Assembly (NCBI GenBank): GCA_963838925.1
Contig: CAWISW010000003.1
Coordinates: forward strand, 576,001 to 640,000
DNA length: 64,000 nt
Direction of reading: 5' to 3'
From: an uncultured Nitrososphaerota archaeon
GTDB lineage: Archaea; Thermoproteota; Nitrososphaeria; Nitrososphaerales; Gagatemarchaeaceae
Under the pieces are notes generated by a model. That model ran no database searches, was not told where the DNA came from, and saw nothing but the letters and a program-made list of their open reading frames with translations. Of the stretch, positions 47,036 to 56,879 are shown in pieces (within the stretch, counting starts at the first letter, position 1; every line of letters starts with the position of its first letter). The translations under genes were made by a program, and so were the position numbers.

Positions 47036-47434
47036 ATGCCAGAGGCACACCCGGCTCCGAAGCAGCCACAACCCCAGACGGCCCAGGTCTCCAAGTTCAA
47101 GAAGATCGAGTGGTACGCCACCCACCTCGTCAACGAGGCGGTCTCTAAGGAGAAGGCGGGGAGGTACGGCGACGCGATAGTGGACTACCTTCAGGCCGCG
47201 GACCTGCTCCTACTTCTGGCGAAGGGCACCCAGGACTACACCCCGTGGAAGGCGTTCAGCGACAGGGCGATTGCCTGCCAGCAGAGGGTAAGGATCTTGA
47301 TAGCGAAGCGGAAGCTCGCCGAGGAGGCCGCAGAGGCCGCGCCCAGAGCCCCGGCACCCGCACCGGCTCCAGCTCCGACCGTCGTCGCCCCCAGCACGAC
47401 TGCGATAGTCCCGGCAGCCCAAGTCAAGGTTTAG
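47036..47434 (+). CDS. Stand-alone MIT-domain protein
   Basis: IEWYA..LVNEAV..EKAGRY.DAI..YLQAADLL..L............F.DRA..CQQRV..L three-helix pattern like the Vps4/CdvC N-terminus; Pro/Ala tail. Confidence 0.7.
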   Translation: MPEAHPAPKQPQPQTAQVSKFKKIEWYATHLVNEAVSKEKAGRYGDAIVDYLQAADLLLLLAKGTQDYTPWKAFSDRAIACQQRVRILIAKRKLAEEAAEAAPRAPAPAPAPAPTVVAPSTTAIVPAAQVKV

Positions 47435-47460
47435 ATTAAGCCGGAGAGGGCCGAGGCCCG

Positions 47461-47730
47461 ATGCCCCTCGCCGTGACGGTGGTCTCGAGGAAGGGCTGCC
47501 ACCTCTGCGAAAGGGTCGTCGACGCCCTGAGCTCCATGTCCCCCAGATACGACCTGGAGGTGCGTGTGCTCGACATCAGCCACGACGCGAAGCTCATGAA
47601 CAAGTACTTCCTCATCATCCCGGTCGTCCAGGTCGGCGGGAAGGACGTCTTCGACGGGAGGGACATGACGGTGGACGCGGGCTTCGTGAGCAAGCTCGAG
47701 AAGGTCCTAGAGTCGCAGGGCCAGCCTTAG
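47461..47730 (+). CDS. Glutaredoxin-like protein (DUF836)
   Basis: SRKGCHLCE...DI..D..L..KY...IPVV. Confidence 0.85.
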   Translation: MPLAVTVVSRKGCHLCERVVDALSSMSPRYDLEVRVLDISHDAKLMNKYFLIIPVVQVGGKDVFDGRDMTVDAGFVSKLEKVLESQGQP

Positions 47731-47735
47731 CCCGG

Positions 47736-48116
47736 TCAGCCTGAGAGGAGCTCTATCCAGATCCCGTCCGGGTCCTTGACGTACACCTCGGTCCCGTTCG
47801 ACTCCTTGGGGGAGACCGCCGAGGTCGCGCCGTTCGCGATGAGCGCCTTGTATGCCTTGGCGGCGTCCTTCACGACGAATGCGAGGTGGTCCATCTCCTC
47901 CCCGGGGGCGTATTCGATGTAGAACCTGGTCCCGCGCGGGTACCAGTTCAGTTCGAGCGTCTGGTCTGACCCCTTCCCCCTGAGCTGGACGAACTTGCCC
48001 CCGTGAGGCATCGTCCCTTTGTTCACGACCTTCATCCCCAAAGCGTCCGTGTAGAACTCGAGAGACTTCTTCAGGTCCCTGACCCTTATTCCGGCGTAGT
48101 AAAATCGGAACTTCAT
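47736..48116 (-). CDS. VOC/glyoxalase family protein
   Basis: GIRVRDLKKSLEFYT.ALGM, LELNWY, DHLAF, KDPDGIWIEL. Confidence 0.9.
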   Translation of the reverse strand: MKFRFYYAGIRVRDLKKSLEFYTDALGMKVVNKGTMPHGGKFVQLRGKGSDQTLELNWYPRGTRFYIEYAPGEEMDHLAFVVKDAAKAYKALIANGATSAVSPKESNGTEVYVKDPDGIWIELLSG

Positions 48117-48169
48117 CAGGCCCGAGAAGACAGGACGTTCGAATAAAGGAGTTTGGGGGCTAGGTGATC

Positions 48170-49189
48170 TCAGAGCTTCGTCGTGGCCGGCTGACCATAG
48201 TTCTTGGCGACGCTCCTTCTCCACATAACCAGCCCGACCGCCGCCAGAATTACTATGACGGCTGCCACGATGACGTAGGTCAGCGAGCCCAGCCCTCCGC
48301 CCGACGAAGATGAGCTGCTCGTCGTGGTCGACGTGCTGCTCGAGGTCGGCGACGAAACAACCACGGTCTGAGTGACCGTGGTTACAGTCGTGCTGCTCGA
48401 GGTCGTCGACGATGTCGATGACGTCGTAGAGCTTGTGCTCGTCGTCGTGCTCGATGTGCTGCTCGTCGACGACGAGGACGTGGTCGTAGTCGCCGTCACG
48501 GTGACGCTGCCCGTGCCCGAGCTCGCCGCGTTGTTCGAGTCACCCGGATAGGACGCCTTTACCGTCGCGCTTCCCGCTGTCGCTCCAGTGACGTTGAGTG
48601 AGCAACTCGCTGCTGAGGAGATGCTGCACGTGGGCGTTGACGGAAGAGTAACAGACCCGGAGCCGCCCGGCTGATTGGAGAATGTTATCGTCTCACCAGC
48701 GACCGAGCCCTGGGCGCCAATCACCGTCGCCGTGCACGCCGAGGTAGCACCCACCGCGATGGGTGAAGCGCAAGACAACGAGGTCGTAGTGTTGACCAAA
48801 GGCTTCACGTAAGCGAAAGTGGTGGTCATGGTAGCAGATCCACCAGGCCCGCCCCAAGTGGCGTTGACGTTGTAGGTGCCCGTCGTCCAGTTTCCTGTGC
48901 CTCCAGGGCGGGTCACGCTGCTGTATGCTCCCGTGTTAGGATCTGCCGGCACGCTATTGATGTCGACTACTGCTCCGCTTGGACCCTTCACCACGATCAC
49001 GACACCCGTGCTGGGCCCAGGCGCGGGCGACACGACTCCGCTGACTGTGATAGGCTGGGTGCCGGAGTAGCTGGCGGCGTCGGTCTGGACGGTGATGGTA
49101 TAGGTCACAGCGACGGCAGGCACGACGAAGAATACAAGCGCAAAGGCAACGAACGCCAATAGAGGTGCCTTTCGAAGATGTTTGCTCAA
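48170..49189 (-). CDS. Cell-surface Ig-like protein with Ser/Thr stalk and C-terminal TM
   Basis: Signal peptide; VQTD..SY....I.VSG.V...GTYNV.AT domain; A.YPGDSNN..S Big-like domain; TTG 49189. Confidence 0.8.
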   Translation of the reverse strand: MSKHLRKAPLLAFVAFALVFFVVPAVAVTYTITVQTDAASYSGTQPITVSGVVSPAPGPSTGVVIVVKGPSGAVVDINSVPADPNTGAYSSVTRPGGTGNWTTGTYNVNATWGGPGGSATMTTTFAYVKPLVNTTTSLSCASPIAVGATSACTATVIGAQGSVAGETITFSNQPGGSGSVTLPSTPTCSISSAASCSLNVTGATAGSATVKASYPGDSNNAASSGTGSVTVTATTTTSSSSTSSTSSTTTSTSSTTSSTSSTTSSSTTVTTVTQTVVVSSPTSSSTSTTTSSSSSSGGGLGSLTYVIVAAVIVILAAVGLVMWRRSVAKNYGQPATTKL

Positions 49190-49302
49190 GGCGCTAGTTC
49201 CTCCTAGGCCTGACAAGCAGACGACATAGGGTATAAGTTTATGGATAGAGTGTTCCACTTTCCGGGCATTCTTTTAAGACAGGAGAGTGCAAATAATCGG
49301 TC

Positions 49303-52149
49303 TTGCTACGGCCAGCGAGCCATCGCATTCAGCCTTTGCTCCTGCTCGCCCTCCTTGTGGCGTCGCCGCTAGCCTCGCTTGCCCTCGTTTCGCAAGCGGA
49401 TGCGTCGCCTCAATCTTCCGCCCTCCCGTCTGAGCATGGAATCTCCGTGGTCGGCGACGAGATAGTCGTCCAGACCTCGACCGTATCAATGGTCTTGAGC
49501 ATCCCGGAGAAGGGGGCCATCATCAACGTCACGGACGCCCTCACAGGCCAGTACCTCAGGCTCAACCAGAGCATCACGAACTTCCTCTGGGGAGTGGACA
49601 ACTTCGACACCATCACGACGAGCTCGATGGCTGACCAGTTCAACTACACGATCGTGCAGGAGTCGAACTCCACCGATCTCCTCCTGGACTGGCACGTGCC
49701 GGCCCTCTACGAGGTGCACGCGCTGGTGGAGGCCAGGTCTGACGGCTACATCGGGATGAAGCTCAACGTCACGAACCTGAACTCCGCAACGGAGATCAGG
49801 CGCGTCATCTTCCCGTACATCGGCGGGATACAGAGCATGGGCGCCAGCTCGGGCGACGACCTCCTCTCCATCCCCGAGAGGGAGGGCTACGTCATCCAGA
49901 ACGTCACGCAGTCGGTCGTCGCCGACCCGACCACGCTCGAGTACCCCGGCACCCTGAGCATGCAGTACGTCTACTTCTACGAGCAGGGAAGGGGCGGGAT
50001 TTACCTCGGCATGCAGGACAGCCAGAGCAACTACAAGGGGCTCGAGCTCCTGAAGGCCGCCCCGGACGCGTACAGCTTCGACTGGTACCAGTACGCCGCC
50101 AACATCACGCTGGGCAACAGCTACCAGATGGGGTACTTCGCCATGTTCAAGGGGGTCGCGGGGGCGGACTGGTCCGCCGGCGCGCAGGTCTACAAGGAGT
50201 GGGCGCTGAAGCAGTGGTACGTCTCCGCGGGGCCCATCGCGCAGAGGTCGGACATCCCGACCTGGGTGAAGGACCTCGACCTCGTCTGGGGGACAGAGGA
50301 GTACGCGACCAACCAGACCAACGACCAGGTCTATCTCGAGGGGACCAACTCGTCGCAGATGGGCGCCTTCATGGGCCAGGTGAGGAGCATGCTCCCCAAC
50401 GCCAACATGATGCTCTACTGGTTCGGCTGGAACCAGGGCGGCTTCGACAGGGGATACCCGGACTTCTTCCCCCCGCGCGACGGGTCCCAGGCGTTCCAGC
50501 AGGCGATCAACGCCACGCACGCCCTCGGCATCAAGGTCATGCTCTACTTCAACGGCAGGCTGGTCGACGTCTCGACTCCCGCATACCAGCAGAGCCTGCC
50601 GTACTTGACCGTCGACCAGAGCGGCGCCCCCTACATCGTCAGCTACGACAACGGGACCCTCACCGGGGCCATCCCCTCCCCTACGACCTCGTGGTGGATC
50701 GACCAAGTGGAGAACTTCACCACCACCGCGGTGAAGGACTACGGGGTCGACGGCGTCTACCTCGACCAGAACACCGTGGCCGGCCCCGTGCTCGACATGT
50801 CGACGACCAACGGCCACTTGCCGGGGGGCGGCTCGTGGTGGTGGCAGGCGGAGAGCAGCCTCCTCGAGGGAGTCCGGACCTCCATCAGGCAGTACAACCC
50901 TCAGGCGATAGTCTCCTCGGAGAACGTGAACGAGGTCTACCTCAAGGACGTCGACGTCTTCCAGAGCTACGACTATGAGTACGACTTTGAGAACCTCTAC
51001 CCTCAGGGGTTCAGCGCTCCGCTCTTCGCCTACGTCTACCACGGATACGAGCTCCAGTTCACCGGCTACCTCCTCCCATTCGGGGTCTCGGACTACGCCG
51101 AGGGTTCGTACCTGCACGGCATCTCCCAGTCCATCGCGAACGGCTACATCCCGGGCGTCAACACGGGGCTGGCTCCCTCCGACGTCTGGTGGTTCACCAG
51201 GACGACGAAGAGCGTCCTCGAGACCATCGTCAACACGAGGGAGGCCTACAGGCAGTTCCTGACCTACGGGACGACGTCCCAGCTTCCCCCGTTCCAGACG
51301 AGCTCCTCCTTCTTCTTGGGCGCCCCCGTCTTCGCCAGAAACCTCACCGCCCCCTCGATCACGAGCGGGGCCTATGCCCTCCCGGACGGTCGGGAGGCGA
51401 TCGTCCTGGCAAACATGGCGGGAGGACGCCAGACCGAGTCGGGCACATTCCCGGACGGCTTGGCTCAGGGCAGCGAGAGCTACCTCGTGACTGAGGCCCT
51501 GGACAACAAGACGACCTCCGTGTTCGTGATGAAGGGGTCTGCCCCATTTAGCGTGACGATTCCGCCGCTATCAGTGGAAACCCTCACGCTGGAGCCAGAG
51601 CCCACCACGACGATCCTGACCCCGGCGGCGCAGAGGGGCTCGAGCGCCGCGCCCCTCTACCCTCTGTTGTTCTCTTCCTCTTCTGTAGTTCAGAGCATAG
51701 GGCTCGACTCCACCGAGAGCCCCTCGTCCGCCACCAGCGTCGTCTCCGGCCCGTTGAGCATCTCCATCGACCAGCCTTCGGGCCACGGGTTCGTCCACCT
51801 CGTCCTCCCCAACGCCCTCCTCGGGCTATCGACCTCGGAGGCGGGCGCCCCCGGCGCGTTCCTCGACGGGACCCTCGCGAACGCGACCGTCTTCCAGAAC
51901 TCGACCACGACCTCCGTCCTGATGACCTATGGGAGCGGAGACCACGAGATCACGATCGACGGGCCCGTCCCCCAGGCGCCGGTCCCTGCCACGGCGGTCA
52001 AGCAGTCTTTCTTCTCCAGCCTGACGCAGCAGCTTCACCAGAACGCGACGACGGCGCTGGGAGTGGGTGGCCTCCTGGTCGCGATTGGCGTCGCAGCCGT
52101 GGGCTCCTTCACCGTCACGCGGCAGGACAGGCGAAGACTGGGCGCGTGA
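49303..52149 (+). CDS. Large membrane-anchored glycoside-hydrolase-like protein (DUF6259-like)
   Basis: YPG.LSMQ, YKEWA..QW, GFDRGYPDFFP, DGVYLDQ, GH.PGGG.WW, SE..NE.Y, PLF.YVYH; signal peptide and C-terminal TM. Confidence 0.75.
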   Translation: MLRPASHRIQPLLLLALLVASPLASLALVSQADASPQSSALPSEHGISVVGDEIVVQTSTVSMVLSIPEKGAIINVTDALTGQYLRLNQSITNFLWGVDNFDTITTSSMADQFNYTIVQESNSTDLLLDWHVPALYEVHALVEARSDGYIGMKLNVTNLNSATEIRRVIFPYIGGIQSMGASSGDDLLSIPEREGYVIQNVTQSVVADPTTLEYPGTLSMQYVYFYEQGRGGIYLGMQDSQSNYKGLELLKAAPDAYSFDWYQYAANITLGNSYQMGYFAMFKGVAGADWSAGAQVYKEWALKQWYVSAGPIAQRSDIPTWVKDLDLVWGTEEYATNQTNDQVYLEGTNSSQMGAFMGQVRSMLPNANMMLYWFGWNQGGFDRGYPDFFPPRDGSQAFQQAINATHALGIKVMLYFNGRLVDVSTPAYQQSLPYLTVDQSGAPYIVSYDNGTLTGAIPSPTTSWWIDQVENFTTTAVKDYGVDGVYLDQNTVAGPVLDMSTTNGHLPGGGSWWWQAESSLLEGVRTSIRQYNPQAIVSSENVNEVYLKDVDVFQSYDYEYDFENLYPQGFSAPLFAYVYHGYELQFTGYLLPFGVSDYAEGSYLHGISQSIANGYIPGVNTGLAPSDVWWFTRTTKSVLETIVNTREAYRQFLTYGTTSQLPPFQTSSSFFLGAPVFARNLTAPSITSGAYALPDGREAIVLANMAGGRQTESGTFPDGLAQGSESYLVTEALDNKTTSVFVMKGSAPFSVTIPPLSVETLTLEPEPTTTILTPAAQRGSSAAPLYPLLFSSSSVVQSIGLDSTESPSSATSVVSGPLSISIDQPSGHGFVHLVLPNALLGLSTSEAGAPGAFLDGTLANATVFQNSTTTSVLMTYGSGDHEITIDGPVPQAPVPATAVKQSFFSSLTQQLHQNATTALGVGGLLVAIGVAAVGSFTVTRQDRRRLGA

Positions 52150-52217
52150 GACCGTATTCAAGCGCGAATATTCCAATCAGTGTCTCTAATATAGTAGGAA
52201 TATACCCCAAGAGAATA

Positions 52218-52415
52218 ATGCGAAGCCTGGTCGTAGTAGCCACAACGTCTGCGGGAGCGGTCAACAAGTTCCCGAAGAGCTCACTTACCGAGGCGCGGAA
52301 CCTGAAGGACTTCTTGGAGCAGACCGGGGAGTATGCGAGCGTGGACCTCTACGAGCTCGAGAAATCCCTCGGGCCCATGTCGCAGTGGGCGAAGCTCGAA
52401 GAAGTCGTCGAATAA
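52218..52415 (+). CDS. Small hypothetical protein
   Basis: ATG 52218 after an AT-rich box; coding-like codon usage. Confidence 0.55.
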   Translation: MRSLVVVATTSAGAVNKFPKSSLTEARNLKDFLEQTGEYASVDLYELEKSLGPMSQWAKLEEVVE

Positions 52416-52428
52416 GACGGCGCCGACG

Positions 52429-52815
52429 TCACCCGACTATCCGGGTGATCCTGCTTGCTATCTGTCCCTCGACGTGAAGAGTCCAGAGCGCCTCCGGGAC
52501 GTCGACCGCTATGAAGAGCCACGATAGGAGTATCACCTCGACGGCGACCACCGCGAGGCCCTGTATCCACTTGCCGATGCCCAGGTGGACCGAAAAGTCG
52601 TTCGAATCTCCTGTGAGCATGATTGTGAAACACCTGTCTGCCACGATTATGTCGCGCAGGAAACCGGCCTTCTGCGCCTGGATGACGCGGCCGAGCGGAG
52701 GGCTCGCATACTGGGTCTTGTACCCGTCTGCCTGAAGCTGCTGCTGGATCTGCGACGCCAGCTGGTCCAGGTCCTTGTTCTTGTTCTGAAAACGCATGAC
52801 TTTCTCTGAAACCAA
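52429..52815 (-). CDS. Hypothetical protein with C-terminal hydrophobic segment
   Basis: 128 aa ORF filling the gap; no recognised family. Confidence 0.7.
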   Translation of the reverse strand: MVSEKVMRFQNKNKDLDQLASQIQQQLQADGYKTQYASPPLGRVIQAQKAGFLRDIIVADRCFTIMLTGDSNDFSVHLGIGKWIQGLAVVAVEVILLSWLFIAVDVPEALWTLHVEGQIASRITRIVG

Positions 52816-52949
52816 GGTCTATCCTTTGCCGCGGGCACCGTGTGACCTTATACAGGTTTCCTAAGATTCATCGACGAAGTCGCCTGAGAAGGACGAACCG
52901 AAGCGAGACTTCAGCTAAAATACCAAAGCGGCGGTTCATCTGCCGAAGG

Positions 52950-54239
52950 ATGAGCTCGGAGAAAGACCGGCAGCCGGATGGAGGGCCCTCGTCGAGCTCG
53001 CCCGCGGGGCTTTGGCGCCACTACGACTTTTTGAAGCTGTGGTCGGGCGAGACGGTGTCTCTGGTCGGGGACCAGTTCACGGCCCTCGCCTTCCCCCTCA
53101 CGGCAGTCCTCATCCTGCATGCGTCTGCCGGCCAGATGGGCATCTTGCAGGCCCTGGGCACCCTCCCGTTCCTCATCCTCGGTCTCGTCGCCGGCGTCTG
53201 GGCTGACCGGTACCGGAGGCGGAGGCTCATGATAGTGAGCGACGTGTCCCGCGCCCTCCTCCTGCTCAGCATCCCCGCCGCATACCTCCTGGGAGGGCTG
53301 AGCGTCTACCTGCTCTACGTCGTCAGCTTCGGGACGGGGATGTTCACCGTCGTCTTCGACGTGACCTACCAGTCCTACCTCCCCGCTCTCGTCGAGAGAG
53401 ACCAGCTCATCGACGCCAACGGCAAGCTCCAAGCCAGTGCGTCGGTGGCGTCCGTCGTAGGTCCGAGCCTGGCTGGCGGCCTGATCAATTTCGTCGTCGC
53501 ACCCTTCGCCATCCTGATTGACTCCTTCTCGTTCGTCTGGTCGGCGGTCTCTCTCAGCTGGATCAGGAAGAAGGAAGTGCCGGTCGCAAGGGACTCGCGG
53601 AGGCCAATGGTGGAGGAGATCAAGGAAGGCCTCGCGGTCGTACTGCACAGTCGCGAGCTCCGGGCGATTGCGGGCTGCACGGCCACCTTCAACTTCTTCT
53701 CGAGCATGATAAGCGCGATCTTGATCCTCTACGCGGTCGACCGGCTCGGGCTGACCCCCTTCCTGATTGGCGTGACGATCGCCCTCGCGAGCCTTGGCTC
53801 GCTGCTTGGAGCCCTCATCACGGCGAGGCTCGGCAAGCTCGTCAGGGTGGGCTGGCTGATCATACTGTCGGTCGCAATCTCCTCGGCGGGATGGCTCCTC
53901 GTGATCCCCGCCGTCCCGCCATACGGCATCTACTACTTGGTGCCCGCTTATTTCATCGTCGCCTTCGGAGGGGTTGTCTACAACATCAACCAGCTAAGCT
54001 ACCGACAGGCCCTCGTCCCGATAAGGCTGCAAGGGAGGCTTAACGCGACGATGCGCTTCATCGTCTGGGGCACCCTCCCCGTCGGCGCGCTCATGGGGGG
54101 TGCAATCGGGCAGGTCTACGGCCTCTACCCTGCCCTCGTCGTGGGTGCTGTGGGCGGGTCGCTCTCGTTCCTGTGGGTCCTATTTTCTCCCGTTCGTCGT
54201 GTCAAGAGCATCCCGACCGCAGAGGAGATGGTGAAGTGA
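52950..54239 (+). CDS. MFS transporter (DHA3/EntS-like)
   Basis: DFLKLWSGETVS..GD, GVWADRYRRRRLMI..D, LQGRLNA. Confidence 0.92.
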   Translation: MSSEKDRQPDGGPSSSSPAGLWRHYDFLKLWSGETVSLVGDQFTALAFPLTAVLILHASAGQMGILQALGTLPFLILGLVAGVWADRYRRRRLMIVSDVSRALLLLSIPAAYLLGGLSVYLLYVVSFGTGMFTVVFDVTYQSYLPALVERDQLIDANGKLQASASVASVVGPSLAGGLINFVVAPFAILIDSFSFVWSAVSLSWIRKKEVPVARDSRRPMVEEIKEGLAVVLHSRELRAIAGCTATFNFFSSMISAILILYAVDRLGLTPFLIGVTIALASLGSLLGALITARLGKLVRVGWLIILSVAISSAGWLLVIPAVPPYGIYYLVPAYFIVAFGGVVYNINQLSYRQALVPIRLQGRLNATMRFIVWGTLPVGALMGGAIGQVYGLYPALVVGAVGGSLSFLWVLFSPVRRVKSIPTAEEMVK

Positions 54240-54511
54240 GATGAGAGGGCCAACGCAGCCACCCAGAGGATGGCAGAGACGAGCACGGGCAGCCAGAACC
54301 CCGGCTTCGAGGTCTTGTGGTGGAAGACCCATCCGCCCACAAAGATCCCGACGAACCCCCCGAAGAGCGCTATCAGCCACAACGTCCTTTCCCTGACTCT
54401 GCTCCACCCTCCCACCGCGAGAAGCTTGTCGACGCCCATAGCGGCGAAGCCGAAGATGCTGACCAATCCAACCCACTCAATCAGCAGCGACGAACCTGGA
54501 CCCAGAGGCAT
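54125..54511 (-). CDS. DUF1294 family membrane protein
   Basis: MGVDK..A....RVRERTL..IAL.GG..G...G..FHHKT.K..F; 3' end overlaps the MFS gene. Confidence 0.85.
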   Translation of the reverse strand: MPLGPGSSLLIEWVGLVSIFGFAAMGVDKLLAVGGWSRVRERTLWLIALFGGFVGIFVGGWVFHHKTSKPGFWLPVLVSAILWVAALALSSHFTISSAVGMLLTRRTGENRTHRNESDPPTAPTTRAG

Positions 54512-54590
54512 CCCAAGACGTCGAAAGCCCGCGGGCGATAATAACCCCACCTTGGCCGGAGGCTAGAGATATAGAGAAGGCAAGCGTTCG

Positions 54591-55670
54591 GTGAATCTGG
54601 GCTCTGACTTGCGATTTGGAACCAGCCGAAGCCTGTCCACGGTCGTGGCCGTCGTCGGGTTGGCACTCATAGGGCTCGTCCTCGTGGCGGCCATCCGCGG
54701 TGGCTCAACTGTGAGCGCCACCACCACCGTGAGCAGCTACACGGCCTCCGGCTCGACGGCGATGAGCTTCGCGGTGCTGGACCAGAGCGCGAGCTACGGG
54801 ATCCCGTCCTACGACGACCAGGCGGTCCAGCAGGCGGACCTCTCGATGCTGCTCTCGACCGGCGCCCAGTGCGTCAGGGTCGACATCGGCTACGGCCCGT
54901 GGCTCTCCAACGACCAGGCCACGATATCCCTGATCACCTCGGTGGTCAACTCGATAAGGAGCGCGGGGAGGTGCCTGATCATCGCGGACGCGAGCTCGGA
55001 GAGCTATCGCAACGGCGGGGGGCTGCCGTGGAGCCAGTTCAAGGTGGCCTGGGTCTCAAGGGTGCAGACGCTGGCTGCCCTCTACCACCCTGACTACTAC
55101 ATCGTGGTCAAGGAGCCGGGGTGGTACGTGCCCATGGTCAGCGACTCGTCGACGAACCCAGAGTTCCAGAACATGAGCGACTGGGTGGCCCTGACCCAGA
55201 ACCTGACGTCGGCGGTCCTCTCCTCCTCGCCGGGGACGAAGGTGGGAGTGGCGATAGCGGCGGACAGCCTGAACTCCGACCAGGCGTCCTACACCGCCTA
55301 CCTCAACCAGGTGCAGGCCATCCCGGGGCTCTCCTTCATCGGCTTCGACGTCTACACGTCGACCGGGCAGACCGCGGCCGAGACCTACCTCTCCCAGAAC
55401 CCTCCCACGAAGGACGTCTGGATCTCGGAGGCGTGGCGCGCAGACGGCGCGCAGATCTACTACCCGGTCAACGCCCAGCCCGACGCGCAGTGGATGAAGT
55501 CGATCTACCAGTTCGCCCAGTCCATAGGCGCGAAGATGCTCATCCCCTTCTACACGGACCTCTTCTCGGGCTACACGGTCCCCACCGACTCCAGCTCGAT
55601 GGTCGCGTTCTACCAGGGGAGGACGCCGGCCTACACGGAGTTCAAGAACGTGGTGTCCGGAAATCCCTAG
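54591..55670 (+). CDS. Membrane-anchored glycoside-hydrolase-like (TIM barrel) protein
   Basis: N-terminal TM, GAQCVRVD, VVKEP (acid/base-like), IGFDVY, VWISE (nucleophile-like); clan GH-A pattern. Confidence 0.65.
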   Translation: MNLGSDLRFGTSRSLSTVVAVVGLALIGLVLVAAIRGGSTVSATTTVSSYTASGSTAMSFAVLDQSASYGIPSYDDQAVQQADLSMLLSTGAQCVRVDIGYGPWLSNDQATISLITSVVNSIRSAGRCLIIADASSESYRNGGGLPWSQFKVAWVSRVQTLAALYHPDYYIVVKEPGWYVPMVSDSSTNPEFQNMSDWVALTQNLTSAVLSSSPGTKVGVAIAADSLNSDQASYTAYLNQVQAIPGLSFIGFDVYTSTGQTAAETYLSQNPPTKDVWISEAWRADGAQIYYPVNAQPDAQWMKSIYQFAQSIGAKMLIPFYTDLFSGYTVPTDSSSMVAFYQGRTPAYTEFKNVVSGNP

Positions 55671-55736
55671 CCTGCCGTCTGGTTGCTCCACGTCTCGACG
55701 TTGAGGCTTTAATACGCGCGCCCCAGTCCCTTTGCA

Positions 55737-55874
55737 TTGTCTTTTTCTGAAGAAACCGAATACGATGACCAGATTGTGATTGTCGACGGCATAGGGATAA
55801 CCCACTTCATACCGAGGCGCTCCCCCGCCCAGAAGGAGGCGCCCGCGAAGAAGCCGAAGAAAAAGAGCCGGTAG
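55737..55874 (+). CDS. Small protein (45 aa), missed by the ORF track
   Basis: TTTAATA at 55708-55714, TTG 55737: MSFSEETEYDDQIVIVDGIGITHFIPRRSPAQKEAPAKKPKKKSR*. Confidence 0.6.
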   Translation: MSFSEETEYDDQIVIVDGIGITHFIPRRSPAQKEAPAKKPKKKSR

Positions 55875-55882
55875 AGCCCGGG

Positions 55883-56224
55883 CTAAGGGCTCCCTGCCAT
55901 TATCCAGACGAGGTTGCCGTCTGGGTCCTTGAACTGCGAAATCTCGCCCCAGGCCTTCTTGGTGTAGTCGATGGCGAACTTCACGCCCTTCTTCTTGAGG
56001 TCAGCGACCGTGCTCTTCAGGTCTGCGCTGTAGAACGCGGCGCCGGTGTTCCCCGGCTCGAGCTCTCCCTCGCATAGATGGAGCTTCCACTTCGCCCCCT
56101 TTGGCGAGACCGTCACCCAGTGTTCCTCGATCTCGGCCACGAAGCCGAGCTTCTCCTTGTACCAAGCCGCGGACTTTTTGGCGTCTGAAACCATTATCGC
56201 CAAGCTGAAGTCTTTTGAAATCAT
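55883..56224 (-). CDS. VOC/glyoxalase family protein
   Basis: AIMVSD.KKS..WY.EKLGF...WG....FKDPDGN. Confidence 0.9.
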   Translation of the reverse strand: MISKDFSLAIMVSDAKKSAAWYKEKLGFVAEIEEHWVTVSPKGAKWKLHLCEGELEPGNTGAAFYSADLKSTVADLKKKGVKFAIDYTKKAWGEISQFKDPDGNLVWIMAGSP

Positions 56225-56271
56225 AGCCGCCCCATGACGGGGTGCCTAATCCCCTTTTCGATTGGGGAGAG

Positions 56272-56793
56272 TCAGGAGAGGTCTGAGGCCTTCAGCCTCT
56301 CGCCGTATCTCTCGCGGAAGGCCAGCTCCTCCAGGGGCTTCCTGTTCTTCTTCCCAAGGATCTTCCTCTTCGAGTAGCCGAACCCGAGGACGGCCGCGGG
56401 CTTGAGCTCCTCGGGAATCGCGTAGTCCTTGCGCAGCGCGACCTCTCCGACCCCCGTGTAGATGCCGGAGGCGACGCCGAAGTTCCACGCGGCGAGCTCC
56501 ATGTCCTGGACGACCCGCCCCGCGTCTATGGAGCTCCCCGGAACCTTGGGGTCGATCAGGATGACGACCGCGAAGTCCGCTCCCTCCACCCACTTGCCCG
56601 TCGTGCTGTCAGCCGCGAGCCTCCTGAGATTCGCGCGGTCTTGGATGACGACGAAGCGCCAGTGCTGCGTGTTCATCGAGGACGCCGTCAGCCTCGCCGC
56701 CTCGAGGATCTTACTCTTGGTCTCGCCCGGGACGCGCTTGGATTGGAACTCTCTCACGTCCAGCTTGGTGGAGATCGCGTCGAAAGTGTCCAT
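56272..56793 (-). CDS. Nitroreductase family protein
   Basis: DAI....VREF, ILEAARLTASSMNTQHWRFVV, IDAG...M.LAA...G. Confidence 0.9.
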   Translation of the reverse strand: MDTFDAISTKLDVREFQSKRVPGETKSKILEAARLTASSMNTQHWRFVVIQDRANLRRLAADSTTGKWVEGADFAVVILIDPKVPGSSIDAGRVVQDMELAAWNFGVASGIYTGVGEVALRKDYAIPEELKPAAVLGFGYSKRKILGKKNRKPLEELAFRERYGERLKASDLS

Positions 56794-56879
56794 TGAGACA
56801 GAAAGAACGCCCGCCCTTAGTTAGGCGTTCCGGTCGGCCTTCGCTAGATATTTAACGAGTGAAACCCGTCGGAGTCGCA

